Shown here piece by piece: positions 9,116 to 18,751 of a DNA stretch of 58,580 bases. The DNA is taken from NCBI GenBank assembly GCA_019247895.1, contig JAFBAF010000353.1, positions 1 to 58,580 of the forward strand, given 5' to 3'. Made by a program: the position numbers and the translations under genes. Origin of the DNA: Parafilimonas sp. Lineage in GTDB: Bacteria > Bacteroidota > Bacteroidia > Chitinophagales > Chitinophagaceae. The stretch's first letter is position 1. Each line of letters opens with the position of its first letter. The notes below the pieces were generated by a model. It searched no databases. It worked only from the letters and a program-made list of their open reading frames with translations, and was not told the origin of the DNA.

Positions 9116-10660
9116 ATGAGGAAATTGTTGCTTTTTATCACAGGATGTATTTCTTTTAGTTATTCTTTTGCTCAAAATCCCGATGATGTTATAAGAAATG
9201 CGTGGTTTGTACCCAACGGTTCAGCGCGAAGTAATGCAATTGGTGGCGCAATGGGTGCTTTGGGTGGAGATGTTACAGCATCCTACACAAATCCCGCAGG
9301 ACTTGGTTTTTATAAAACAAAAGAAGTAGTGCTTTCGCCGGGATTTTTATTGAATAATAATAAATCGGATTTTCGCGGAACTTCTGCTAATGGAATAAAT
9401 AAATCCGGTTTTCAGTTAGGACCTACCGGAGTAGTTATTGGAGGGAAAATCGACGATAAAGGCCGTTCATCAGCGTTCTCTATATCGTTTAATCAGCTTG
9501 CGGGTTATAACAATAAAATACATTACCAGGGTTTAAACGATACTACTTCTTATTCAGAACATTTTGCTGAAGAGTTAGTAGCAAATGGTGCAGATACAAA
9601 TGCAGCAGCTAATAATTACCCTTTCGGATCTTCCTTAGCTTATTTTACATATTTAATTGATTATACACTGGATTCATCGGGTAACTTGAGTGGTTACAGA
9701 AGCCTCGTTCCGGTTGGTAATGGTAACATTATAAATCAACAGTATGATGAAACTGACGGTGGTGGTTTATATGAAATTTCAGTTGGCTTTGCAAGCAATT
9801 CGAAAGATAAATTGTATTTAGGAGGAAGTATAAATATCCCGCTATCATTTTTTACACAGGATATTACTTACCAGGAATCTGATGCCGGCACCGATCAGCA
9901 TAACAATTTTAGTTATTCGGTATATACACAAAATCATTCAATGAATGGCATAGGTATAAATGGAAGATTTGGCATTATTTACAATTTGCAAAATTCTTTA
10001 CGGTTGGGTTTTGCTTTTCACACACCTTCATTTATAAGTTTTACTGATAGATTAGACGCTGCCATGACGACTAATACAGAAGATTATAAAGGAACTCAAA
10101 CTGCCAAAAGCAGTGATTTTTCGAATGCAGAAAGAGAAGTAAAGTATAACGAAATAACACCTTATAAATTTATTGCCAGTGCAGCTTATGTATTTAAGGA
10201 AGTTGAAAACGTAAAACTACAGAAAGGGTTCATTAGCGCTGATATTGAATATGTAAATCATCGTGGTTCAAGATTTATTCAACAAACCAATGATAATGGA
10301 AATACCGATCCTTCATTAGACAACTATTATACTTCTTTAAATGATGCGGTAAAATCTTATTATAAAGGCGCTTTTAATTTTAGGTTGGGAGGAGAATTGA
10401 AGTTTTCGCCGTTCGCAGTGCGTTTTGGTGGTGCATATTACGGAAGTCCTTATGCTGATAAAGCCTTAAAAGCAAATAATGTCGTGGTCGGAGGTGGCTT
10501 AGGTTACCGTAAATACGGAATGTTTGTAGATATCACCGTTAATCAGCTTATAAATAAAGATGTGAATTTCCCTTATCGATTAGCTGATAAACCAAACACG
10601 TTCGCAACATTAAAAAATCAACGTACTAATATTTCACTTACTATAGGAGTAAAATTCTAA
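9116..10660 (+). CDS. OmpP1/FadL-family outer-membrane beta-barrel
   Basis: Signal peptide, hatch motif GSARSNAIGGAMGALGGD...NPAGLG, and C-terminal GVKF. ATG at 9116 (GTG at 9110 possible). Confidence 0.85.
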   Translation: MRKLLLFITGCISFSYSFAQNPDDVIRNAWFVPNGSARSNAIGGAMGALGGDVTASYTNPAGLGFYKTKEVVLSPGFLLNNNKSDFRGTSANGINKSGFQLGPTGVVIGGKIDDKGRSSAFSISFNQLAGYNNKIHYQGLNDTTSYSEHFAEELVANGADTNAAANNYPFGSSLAYFTYLIDYTLDSSGNLSGYRSLVPVGNGNIINQQYDETDGGGLYEISVGFASNSKDKLYLGGSINIPLSFFTQDITYQESDAGTDQHNNFSYSVYTQNHSMNGIGINGRFGIIYNLQNSLRLGFAFHTPSFISFTDRLDAAMTTNTEDYKGTQTAKSSDFSNAEREVKYNEITPYKFIASAAYVFKEVENVKLQKGFISADIEYVNHRGSRFIQQTNDNGNTDPSLDNYYTSLNDAVKSYYKGAFNFRLGGELKFSPFAVRFGGAYYGSPYADKALKANNVVVGGGLGYRKYGMFVDITVNQLINKDVNFPYRLADKPNTFATLKNQRTNISLTIGVKF

Positions 10661-11131
10661 TTAATTTGCCGTAGCAACATCTTTGGAAACAGCCTCTATT
10701 TTCACTTTTGCGATACCGCGGTTTACAATTTTTAATTGTTTAGCGCCAGTCATTGTAAGGTCAAGAATTCTTCCTTTTTGAGACATGCTTGGATGCATAC
10801 GGTCGTTGATACGAACAATAATAGATTTGCCTGTTAAAAGATTTGTTACTTTAACCCATGTGTTTAAAGCAAAAAAATTACTGGCAGCTGTAAGATTGCA
10901 GTGATGAAATACTTCACCTGTTGCAGTAAGATTACCTTCAAATTTGCTCGCGTAATACGTAGCTAAACCGGTAATAATATTACTGCTGCTTTTTGAAGAT
11001 GTAGTAGTAGTTGAAGTTTTCTTTGTAAAAGAAAAAATCGGGGGCCACGTATTTGGACGGGCACTGCTGTTAATGTTGGAGAATAATCCTGAAACAAAAA
11101 GGAACAGAAAAATTCCAAAAAATTTCTTCAT
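10661..11131 (-). CDS. rlpA: RlpA-family septal ring lytic transglycosylase (DPBB domain only)
   Basis: GLATYY...TATGEVF...LTAA...VRINDR...RILDLT, with a signal peptide and no SPOR domain. Confidence 0.85.
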   Translation of the reverse strand: MKKFFGIFLFLFVSGLFSNINSSARPNTWPPIFSFTKKTSTTTTSSKSSSNIITGLATYYASKFEGNLTATGEVFHHCNLTAASNFFALNTWVKVTNLLTGKSIIVRINDRMHPSMSQKGRILDLTMTGAKQLKIVNRGIAKVKIEAVSKDVATAN

Positions 11132-11217
11132 TTTAAAGTTGTTTATAAAGCACTAAGACTTTAGATGAATAATAATTTTACGTCTCTCAATTCCTTCGGA
11201 TAAGCTCGGCACAATTC

Positions 11218-11232
11218 GCAATAATCATGCCA
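11218..11232 (-). promoter_or_regulatory. Sigma-54 (-24/-12) promoter upstream of rlpA
   Basis: The minus strand reads TGGCATGATTATTGC, matching TGGCAC-N5-TTGC spacing with one mismatch. Confidence 0.7.
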
Positions 11233-11261
11233 TAATCCTTCTTTCTACAAATAACGGATGG

Positions 11262-11269
11262 CAAAAATA
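11262..11269 (-). promoter_or_regulatory. Primary-sigma -7 element upstream of rlpA
   Basis: TATTTTTG on the minus strand. Confidence 0.5.
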
Positions 11270-11398
11270 AGGATTTTTTTTGTAATGGACAATGCGGTTA
11301 ATACATTTAACATACTGCGCAGTTCGCATAGGGAAATCTGCAAAGAATTCGTTGCATAAGCAACATTTCAGTTATTTTGCGGCCACTAATTTATTTGC

Positions 11399-12142
11399 AT
11401 GAAGATATTGGTTTGCATAAGTAAAACACCTGACACCACTTCAAAAATTGGCTTCAAAGATAATAATACAAAACTTGATGAATCAGGCGTACAATGGATT
11501 ATCAATCCTTATGACGAATGGTATGCTTTGGTAAAAGCTATTGAATTAAAGGAGAAAGATGCATCTGTTCAGTTGCATTTAATTACCGTTGGTGGCGCAG
11601 ATTGTGATCCCATCATTCGTAAAGCTTTAGCACTTGGTGGCGATGAGGCTATTCGTGTTAATACAACAAACGATGACACTTATTACATTGCTGCTCAAAT
11701 AGCGGAAGTTGCCAGGCAAAATAATTATGATCTTATTTTAACCGGTAAAGAAACTATCGACTATAACAGTTCATCCGTAGGTGGAATACTTTCGGAATTA
11801 CTTGATCTGCCTTTTATTTCTTTGGCAAATAAAGTTGACATTAATGGCAGATCTGCAAAAGTTGAACGTGAGATTGAAGGTGGCGAAGAAACAAATGAAG
11901 TAAGCCTGCCTGTTGTTATAAGTTGCCAGAAAGGTGTGGCCGAGCAACGTATTCCAAATATGCGTGGTATAATGGCTGCACGCACAAAACCGTTAAAAGC
12001 TGTTGAACCAGCAGCGATAGATGCATTAACGCATGTGGATAGTTATGAATTACCTGCGCCAAAAGCTGGTGTAAAAATGATTTCGCCGGATAATGTCCAG
12101 GAACTCGTTCGCCTGCTGCATGAAGAAGCAAAAGTTATTTAG
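11399..12142 (+). CDS. etfB: Electron transfer flavoprotein beta subunit
   Basis: MKILVCI, INPYDEWYAL, ALALGGD, TGKETIDY and RIPNMRGIMAA. Confidence 0.95.
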   Translation: MKILVCISKTPDTTSKIGFKDNNTKLDESGVQWIINPYDEWYALVKAIELKEKDASVQLHLITVGGADCDPIIRKALALGGDEAIRVNTTNDDTYYIAAQIAEVARQNNYDLILTGKETIDYNSSSVGGILSELLDLPFISLANKVDINGRSAKVEREIEGGEETNEVSLPVVISCQKGVAEQRIPNMRGIMAARTKPLKAVEPAAIDALTHVDSYELPAPKAGVKMISPDNVQELVRLLHEEAKVI

Positions 12143-12148
12143 AAAATT

Positions 12149-12229
12149 ATGTTATCAGCTGCAATATTTCAGTTGAGCATTGTTGTGTCACTCACTTGTG
12201 CTGTATATTTTCAATCATCGATAAACTAA
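12149..12229 (+). repeat. Dispersed intergenic element, copy 2; also reads as ORF MLSAAIFQLSIVVSLTCAVYFQSSIN*
   Basis: Core at 12182-12199. 12178-12211 matches 41892-41925 at 33/34 nt. The element fills the etfB-etfA gap. Confidence 0.88.
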
Positions 12230-12235
12230 TTATAA

Positions 12236-13186
12236 ATGGTACTTGTATTTGCAGATCATTCTGATTCCGAAATAAAAAAATCTTCTTACGAAGTATTAAG
12301 TTACGGTGCTGCATTGGCAGAAAAATTGGGCACTTCAGCCGAAGCAATTGTTTTAGGAACAGTGAAAGATGATCTTTCAACGTTAGGAAATTATGGTGTA
12401 ACAAAGGTGCACCAGGTTTCAAATGATAAACTTAATAATTTAGATGCGCAGGTTTATACTAAAGTTATTGCGGAAGCTGCGCAATTATTGAAAGCTGATG
12501 TAATTGTTTTCAGTCATAACCAAACTGGAAGATCTGTTGCTCCAAGGCTTTCTGCAAGGTTGAAAGCGGGTTTTGTTTCAGGTGCTGTTGCATTGCCGGA
12601 TACATCAAAAGGTTTTGTTGTAAAGAAAAATGTATTTAGCGGAAAGGCATTCGCAAACGTTAGCATTAATTCTTCAATTAAATTAATTTCGGTTAATGCA
12701 AATAGTTTTCAAACTAAAAAAAACGATGCCACTGCAACGGTGGAACAATTAAATATTACTGTTGATGAGCCGAAAGTAAAAGTCACGTCAGTTGATAAAG
12801 TCAAAGGCGAAGTGCCCCTGACCGAAGCAGAAATAGTTGTAAGCGGCGGCCGTGGCTTAAAAGGGCCGGAAAACTGGAAAATTGTTGAGGACCTCGCACA
12901 TGCTTTACATGCAGCAACTGCTTGCAGCCGCCCGGTTGCAGATTCCGGCTGGCGACCTCATCATGAACATGTTGGACAAACGGGAATTCAAATTTCGCCC
13001 AACTTATATATTGCTATTGGGATTTCTGGTGCGATTCAACACCTGGCCGGCGTGAACCGCAGCAAAACAATAGTTGTAATAAACAAGGATGCTGAAGCAC
13101 CATTTTTTAAAGCTGCCGATTATGGAATTGTTGGTGATGCGTTTGAAATTGTTCCAAAGCTTACTGAAGAAATCAAGAAATTATAA
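12236..13186 (+). CDS. etfA: Electron transfer flavoprotein alpha subunit
   Basis: VVSGGRG, ACSRPVAD, VGQTG, IGISGAIQHLAG and INKDAEAPFF. Confidence 0.96.
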   Translation: MVLVFADHSDSEIKKSSYEVLSYGAALAEKLGTSAEAIVLGTVKDDLSTLGNYGVTKVHQVSNDKLNNLDAQVYTKVIAEAAQLLKADVIVFSHNQTGRSVAPRLSARLKAGFVSGAVALPDTSKGFVVKKNVFSGKAFANVSINSSIKLISVNANSFQTKKNDATATVEQLNITVDEPKVKVTSVDKVKGEVPLTEAEIVVSGGRGLKGPENWKIVEDLAHALHAATACSRPVADSGWRPHHEHVGQTGIQISPNLYIAIGISGAIQHLAGVNRSKTIVVINKDAEAPFFKAADYGIVGDAFEIVPKLTEEIKKL

Positions 13187-13201
13187 AGACTTTTTCATAC
13201 C

Positions 13202-13230
13202 AAAAGCGGGATGTTTTCAGTCCGCCTTTT
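13202..13230 (+). terminator. Possible intrinsic terminator after etfA
   Basis: AAAAGCGG...CCGCCTTTT imperfect hairpin with a short U-tract. Confidence 0.45.
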
Positions 13231-13245
13231 AGTTACAATACTCTT

Positions 13246-13277
13246 AAAAAATAAAAACCCCGCAAAAATTGCGGGGC
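13246..13277 (-). terminator. Intrinsic terminator after rpsG
   Basis: 8-bp stem CCCCGCAA/TTGCGGGG followed on the minus strand by TTTTTATTTTTT. Confidence 0.8.
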
Positions 13278-13297
13278 TCACAAAAAAAATTATTTGT

Positions 13298-13765
13298 TTA
13301 TACTTTAAAATGGGAGAATGCTTTATTTGCTTCTGCCATACGATGTGTATCTTCTTTCTTTTTAAAAGCAGCGCCTTCGCCTTTGCTTGCAGCAACAATT
13401 TCATTCGCTAATTTATCGGCCATTGTTTTACCGTTACGTTCACGGCTGTAGCGGATAAGCCATTTCATACTCAAAGAAATTTTGCGGTCTGCACGCACTT
13501 CAGTCGGAATTTGAAAAGTGGCTCCGCCAATTCTGCGGCTGCGGACTTCAACTGCAGGTGTTACATTTTGTAATGCTCTTTTCCAGATTTCATAACCGTT
13601 TTCATTAGTCATTTTGCTTACTTTATCAACAGCATCATAAAAAATGTTGATTGAAGTGCTTTTCTTTCCCTGCCACATAATGTTGTTTACAAAACGTGTA
13701 ACCAGTTTATCGTTGTAACGTGCATCTGGTGCTAAGGGTAATTTTTTTGCTTGTGCTTTTCTCAT
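13298..13765 (-). CDS. rpsG: 30S ribosomal protein S7
   Basis: [16 protein letters not shown] and [14 protein letters not shown]. Confidence 0.98.
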   Translation of the reverse strand: MRKAQAKKLPLAPDARYNDKLVTRFVNNIMWQGKKSTSINIFYDAVDKVSKMTNENGYEIWKRALQNVTPAVEVRSRRIGGATFQIPTEVRADRKISLSMKWLIRYSRERNGKTMADKLANEIVAASKGEGAAFKKKEDTHRMAEANKAFSHFKV

Positions 13766-13789
13766 TATCGCTTATAATGATTTGAATGA

Positions 13790-14170
13790 TTATTTTTTTG
13801 CTTTTTCTTTCTTGGTTCCGTATTTAGAACGGCTTTTTTTGCGGTCTTTAACGCCGGCAGTGTCAAGGCTGCCACGTACAATATGGTAACGTACGCCTGG
13901 CAGATCTTTTACACGGCCCCCGCGTATTAAAACAATTGAGTGTTCCTGTAAATTATGACCTTCACCAGGAATGTATGCAATAACTTCAACTTTGTTTGTC
14001 AAACGTACTTTCGCCACTTTGCGCAAAGCTGAGTTTGGTTTTTTTGGTGTTGTGGTATAAACTCTTGTGCATACGCCGCGGCGTTGCGGGCATGCGTCCA
14101 AAGCTCTCGATTTACTTTTTGCCCTGATGATCTCACGGCCTTTTCTTACTAACTGTTGTATTGTAGGCAT
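13790..14170 (-). CDS. rpsL: 30S ribosomal protein S12
   Basis: [22 protein letters not shown] and [13 protein letters not shown]. Confidence 0.99.
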   Translation of the reverse strand: MPTIQQLVRKGREIIRAKSKSRALDACPQRRGVCTRVYTTTPKKPNSALRKVAKVRLTNKVEVIAYIPGEGHNLQEHSIVLIRGGRVKDLPGVRYHIVRGSLDTAGVKDRKKSRSKYGTKKEKAKK

Positions 14171-14195
14171 TACTAACCTTTAATTTTTGGGACGG

Positions 14196-14203
14196 CAAAG
14201 GTA
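14196..14203 (-). promoter_or_regulatory. Primary-sigma -7 element for rpsL-rpsG
   Basis: TACCTTTG, about 25 nt upstream of the rpsL ATG. Confidence 0.75.
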
Positions 14204-14286
14204 ATGGCTCAAGAGGAAATTTCAAAACTTTTGAAAATCTCTTATTTCAGTAAAGCAAAAATTTATGATTTTAATGTAATTCGTCA

Positions 14287-15348
14287 TTAAATCTTGAACA
14301 TCCATCCATATTTGTCTTTTATGAGGCCATGGCGAATTTCGTTTAACTTATGTTTTACCTTAAGTGCAGTAGTGAAATTAGAAGTGTCAAAATGCATCAC
14401 GGTATTCTTGTATTTCAATTCTTTTATAAGTGATATAACCGCTGCTGTACCCATTCCAAATACTTCGTTAAGTGTACCTTTGTTGTATGCTTCAACAACT
14501 TCATCTATACTTATGCGGCGCTCTTCTGTTTTTATACCTATATCCTGTAAAATGGTAATTACACTGCTCCTGGTAACACCATTCAAAATAGTGTCGCCTA
14601 AATCAGGGGTAATAAAGACGCCGTTGATGATGAAACCAATATTCATCATACCAACTTCCTGCAGCCATTTATGCTCAAAGGCATCTGTCCATAAAACCTG
14701 GTCGTAACCTTGCTTGCGTGCAAGCATAGCGGGTAGCATGCTTCCGCCATAATTGCCAGCATTTTTTGAAAAGCCAACACCACCCGGTGCGGCTCTTGTA
14801 TAGTGTTCTTCAACTGCAATTTTCATAGGTACAGCGTGAAACGGGCCAACCGGGCTTAGCATGATCAAAAACTTATACGTCTCAGAAGGTTTTACACCAA
14901 GCGCACTATCAGTAGCAAACATTAACGGGCGTATATACAATGAATGATCATTTTTCAAAGGAATCCACTCCTTATCAATTTCAATGAGGCGCCTCATGCC
15001 TTCAATGAAAAGTTCTTCTGAAACTTCGGGCATGCACATGCGTTGAGCGGAAAGATTAAAGCGTATAAAATTTTCGTAAGGCCGAAAAATATATGCCTCA
15101 CCATCATGATTACGAAATGCTTTTATTCCCTCAAAAATTGCCTGGCCGTAGTGCAATGCAGAATTCGATGGCTCGATCAGCAAAGGTTGATAAGGTTTAA
15201 TTTCAATATTTCTCCATTCACCATTTTCAAAATCTGCTTCAAGCATATGGTCAGTAAAATATTTTCCAAAAGGAAGATCTTCCTGCCGGAGGTGCTTTAA
15301 CTTACTTGCTGTAATTTTACTGACATTTATATCTAACACGTCTGTCAT
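14287..15348 (-). CDS. ilvE: Branched-chain amino acid aminotransferase
   Basis: LHYGQAIFEGIKA, LYIRP, PLP-binding lysine in KNAGNY, EVGMMN and ILNGVTR. Confidence 0.94.
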   Translation of the reverse strand: MTDVLDINVSKITASKLKHLRQEDLPFGKYFTDHMLEADFENGEWRNIEIKPYQPLLIEPSNSALHYGQAIFEGIKAFRNHDGEAYIFRPYENFIRFNLSAQRMCMPEVSEELFIEGMRRLIEIDKEWIPLKNDHSLYIRPLMFATDSALGVKPSETYKFLIMLSPVGPFHAVPMKIAVEEHYTRAAPGGVGFSKNAGNYGGSMLPAMLARKQGYDQVLWTDAFEHKWLQEVGMMNIGFIINGVFITPDLGDTILNGVTRSSVITILQDIGIKTEERRISIDEVVEAYNKGTLNEVFGMGTAAVISLIKELKYKNTVMHFDTSNFTTALKVKHKLNEIRHGLIKDKYGWMFKI

Positions 15349-15463
15349 ACCTTTAAATTTGATGCAAAGAAAATAAAATTATATCGAAACGAACAACCGT
15401 TAGTCAATTCTAACAAATGAAATGACAACGTTATTGTTTGCTATTACAAATTTAAAAAAACTG

Positions 15464-16000
15464 ATGGAAGAGCGATTACCAGATTTTGTTTTGTCTGATT
15501 TATTTTCAAATTATTTAGTATTTACCGGAGAAAATTTACCGGTTGCGTCTTCTCGATCAAAAGCAACTATAGAAAAAATTGCAGAGGAGATACCAAAGCC
15601 AAAAAAAAATTATTTAGGTAATTATGAAAGAAAAATTGTTGTGCTTGTAAGCGATGCAGAAAATATTTATTTAAGTGATCACAATTTAAACTTCCTTACA
15701 GGTATTTTAAATGCCTGCAAATTAAATCTTGCACATATTGCTTTGATCAATTTCACGAATAATACACTCAACTTTTCAAACCTGAAAAAAAATTTGCAAC
15801 CTGAATATTTAATATTATTTGGCTTAACAGCTTTGCAAATTGCTTTGCCTTTTACAATGCCTGATTACCAGGTTCAGGAATACAATAAATGCAAAATATT
15901 AATCGCACCTTCTTTAAATGAGCTAAACCAACAAACAACCGCCGCAAAAACAGAAAAAACAAAATTGTGGAAGAGCCTTCAAAAAATATTTGACCTTTGA
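15464..16000 (+). CDS. Conserved hypothetical protein
   Basis: The ORF is open from 15422; ATG 15464 is preferred but uncertain. The stop overlaps the rdgB start (TTGA). Confidence 0.65.
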   Translation: MEERLPDFVLSDLFSNYLVFTGENLPVASSRSKATIEKIAEEIPKPKKNYLGNYERKIVVLVSDAENIYLSDHNLNFLTGILNACKLNLAHIALINFTNNTLNFSNLKKNLQPEYLILFGLTALQIALPFTMPDYQVQEYNKCKILIAPSLNELNQQTTAAKTEKTKLWKSLQKIFDL

Positions 16001-16581
16001 CAAACACACTCATATTCGCCAGCAATAATCAACATAAGGTTGAAGAGATCAATTCAATTATTGGCGATAAATTTACTGTGATTAGTTTAAAGCAAGCAGG
16101 AATTGATATCGATATTCCTGAACCACATGATACCATTGAAGCAAATGCTTCAGAAAAATCTAAAATAATTTTTCAGCTTACAAAACAAAATTGTTTTGCA
16201 GATGATACCGGGCTTGAAGTAGAGGCTTTGGATGGTGAACCCGGTGTAAAAAGCGCGAGATACGCCGGCAATGAAAAGAATTTTGAAGCCAACATTGATA
16301 AGCTGCTGGATAAATTGAATGGAATGAGTAATCGTAATGCGCAGTTTAAAACTGTTATTTCTTTGATATGGAATGGAGAAGAATATTTATTTCAAGGAAT
16401 TGTGAAAGGCAAAATTTTATATGAACGCAGAGGAAAAAATGGCTTCGGTTATGACTCCGTTTTTGTTGCTGAAGGCAGTGATAAAAGTTTTGGTGAAATG
16501 GAACTGTATGAAAAAAATTTATTCAGTCATCGTAAAAGAGCAATGGACAAAATGATTGAATTTTTTAAACAAAAAACTTAA
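15997..16581 (+). CDS. rdgB: Non-canonical purine NTP pyrophosphatase (Ham1/RdgB)
   Basis: FASNNQHKVEE, ADDTGL, PGVKSARY, GFGYD and SHR, with a TTG start. Confidence 0.95.
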   Translation: MTNTLIFASNNQHKVEEINSIIGDKFTVISLKQAGIDIDIPEPHDTIEANASEKSKIIFQLTKQNCFADDTGLEVEALDGEPGVKSARYAGNEKNFEANIDKLLDKLNGMSNRNAQFKTVISLIWNGEEYLFQGIVKGKILYERRGKNGFGYDSVFVAEGSDKSFGEMELYEKNLFSHRKRAMDKMIEFFKQKT

Positions 16582-16602
16582 ACATAGATGTAAACATACA
16601 AT

Positions 16603-18450
16603 TTATAAATACCTTCTTATCTCTTCAACCAACTCTGCCTTCATTATCGGCACACCCATGATTTTATTAAAAGCTTTTGCATCAATTAAAAATTTATCCC
16701 GTATAATTTTTATAAGCTGGCCATTATTGATCTCGGGAATTAAAATTGTTTCAAAATTTTTGATGATCTCTCCAAGGTTTCTCGGAAAAGGTCTTAAATA
16801 ACGTAAATGTGCATGGCTTACCTTGTGGCCTTCACTTTGTAATTGATGCGTTGCACTTTTAATGGCGCCGTAAGTGCTGCCCCAACCCAACACTAAAACT
16901 TTGCCGGTTTCAGCGCCGCTATCTAAAGTTTGTAAAGGAATATAAGTGGCGATATTCTCAACTTTTTGTTCACGTATTTTTACCATCAGTTGATGGTTTT
17001 CCGGGTCGTAACTTACATTACCTGTAACATTTTGTTTTTCCAAACCACCAATGCGATGTTCCAATCCCGCAGTGCCAGGTATTGCCCAGGGACGCACTAA
17101 TTTTTCATCACGCTTGTAAGGCAGGAAAGTTGATTCATCTCCATCAAGCCCTTGTTTAAACTTCACTTCAATTAATGGCAAATCTTCACTTTTTGGAAAA
17201 CGCCATGGCTCAGCACCATTAGCAATATAACCATCACTCAAAAATATTACAGGCGTCATGTGCTGAACTGAAATACGCACTGCTTCAAACACTGCATCAA
17301 AACAATCACTCGGTGTGCGTGAAGCTATTACCGGCATGGGGCATTCACCGTTCCTTCCATAATAGGCCTGCAATAAATCGCTTTGCTCTGTTTTTGTGGG
17401 AAGCCCTGTTGATGGCCCGCCGCGTTGAATATCTATTATCAACAAAGGAATTTCAAGCACAACAGCTAAACCCATTGCTTCGGCTTTTAAAGCCATGCCT
17501 GGTCCTGATGTTGTAGTTACACCAAAACTTCCTCCATAACTTGCCCCAATTGCAGATGTAATAGCAGCGATTTCATCTTCTGCCTGGAAAGTTTTTATAC
17601 CGAATGATTTATGCCTGCTTAATTCATGCAAAATATCTGATGCGGGTGTGATAGGATAACTTCCCAAAAAAAGTTGCAAACCACTTTTTTGGCTCGCAGC
17701 AATCAATCCATACGCCAGCGCCTGGTTACCCATAATACTACGATAAACACCTGGCAACATTTTAGCCTTTTCAACCTTATATCTTGTGCTAAAAGTTTCT
17801 GTTGTATCACCATAATTATAACCAGCCTGCAATACTTTAATATTGCTGTTAAGTATCATTTCTTTCTTGCCGAATTTTTCTGTAAGAAAGTTGATCGTGT
17901 TTTCTAAACTGCGGTTATACATCCAATATAAAAAGCCAAGCACAAACATATTTTTTGCCCGGTCTTTTTCTTTCATGCCGAGTTCAGGAAAATCTTTTAG
18001 CGATTCCCGTGTTAGTTTGGTTACATCAATTTTGATCAGGTCATAACTTTCAAGACTGCCATTATCCAAAGGATTTACACCATCGGTATAATTAGCAAGC
18101 CGGAGATTTTTTGCATCAAAGCCATCAATGTTCGCAATTATTTTTCCGTCCTTCTTTAGGCTTTTAAGATTTGCTTTAAGAGCAGCTGCGTTCATTGCCA
18201 CCAATACATCGCACATGTCGCCGGGTGTAAAAACTCTGTCTGAAGAAAACCTTAATTGAAAGCCGCTTACACCGGGCAGAGTGCCTTGTGGTGCACGAAT
18301 TTCTGCCGGAAAATCAGGAAATGTTGCAAGATCAATTCCCAATAAAGCAGTGTTGTTGGTAAACTGCGTTCCGGTCAGTTGCATTCCATCACCACTATCG
18401 CCTGCAAATTTTATAACTACGTCACTCAGCAAAACATCTTGTCTGTCCAT
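16603..18450 (-). CDS. korA: 2-oxoacid:ferredoxin oxidoreductase alpha subunit (gamma-alpha fusion)
   Basis: AGDSGDGMQ, YPITPAS, QAEDEIAA, TSGPG and QRGGPSTGLPT. Confidence 0.92.
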   Translation of the reverse strand: MDRQDVLLSDVVIKFAGDSGDGMQLTGTQFTNNTALLGIDLATFPDFPAEIRAPQGTLPGVSGFQLRFSSDRVFTPGDMCDVLVAMNAAALKANLKSLKKDGKIIANIDGFDAKNLRLANYTDGVNPLDNGSLESYDLIKIDVTKLTRESLKDFPELGMKEKDRAKNMFVLGFLYWMYNRSLENTINFLTEKFGKKEMILNSNIKVLQAGYNYGDTTETFSTRYKVEKAKMLPGVYRSIMGNQALAYGLIAASQKSGLQLFLGSYPITPASDILHELSRHKSFGIKTFQAEDEIAAITSAIGASYGGSFGVTTTSGPGMALKAEAMGLAVVLEIPLLIIDIQRGGPSTGLPTKTEQSDLLQAYYGRNGECPMPVIASRTPSDCFDAVFEAVRISVQHMTPVIFLSDGYIANGAEPWRFPKSEDLPLIEVKFKQGLDGDESTFLPYKRDEKLVRPWAIPGTAGLEHRIGGLEKQNVTGNVSYDPENHQLMVKIREQKVENIATYIPLQTLDSGAETGKVLVLGWGSTYGAIKSATHQLQSEGHKVSHAHLRYLRPFPRNLGEIIKNFETILIPEINNGQLIKIIRDKFLIDAKAFNKIMGVPIMKAELVEEIRRYL

Positions 18451-18471
18451 TATCTTCTTTTTTCAAATCTG

Positions 18472-18479
18472 CAAAGTTA
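18472..18479 (-). promoter_or_regulatory. Primary-sigma -7 element for korA
   Basis: TAACTTTG, about 20 nt upstream of the ATG. Confidence 0.7.
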
Positions 18480-18751
18480 ATAGAGGAGAGCTTAATTAAT
18501 ATAACTCAGGAATAATAGGTATGAGATTCAATTTCTTTAAAAAAGATAAAAATTAATACTGAATGTTAATTACATTTATAGCGTTAACAGCAAAATGCAT
18601 AGAAACCAAAATTTTCCATCTGTATTAATTATCTGAAAAAGCTTGATCGTTGTTTAATTAATAAATTTCAACTAGTTATTATTTGAGAAAACTGTTTCAG
18701 GCTTGTAATATTTTAAGAAACAAAATTCCATAATTTCAAAACCTTGTTGCC

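Noticed and set aside
11193-11214. CCTTCGGATAAGCTCGGCACAA resembling a REP half-site
   Set aside because: Single degenerate copy with no partner arm in the window.
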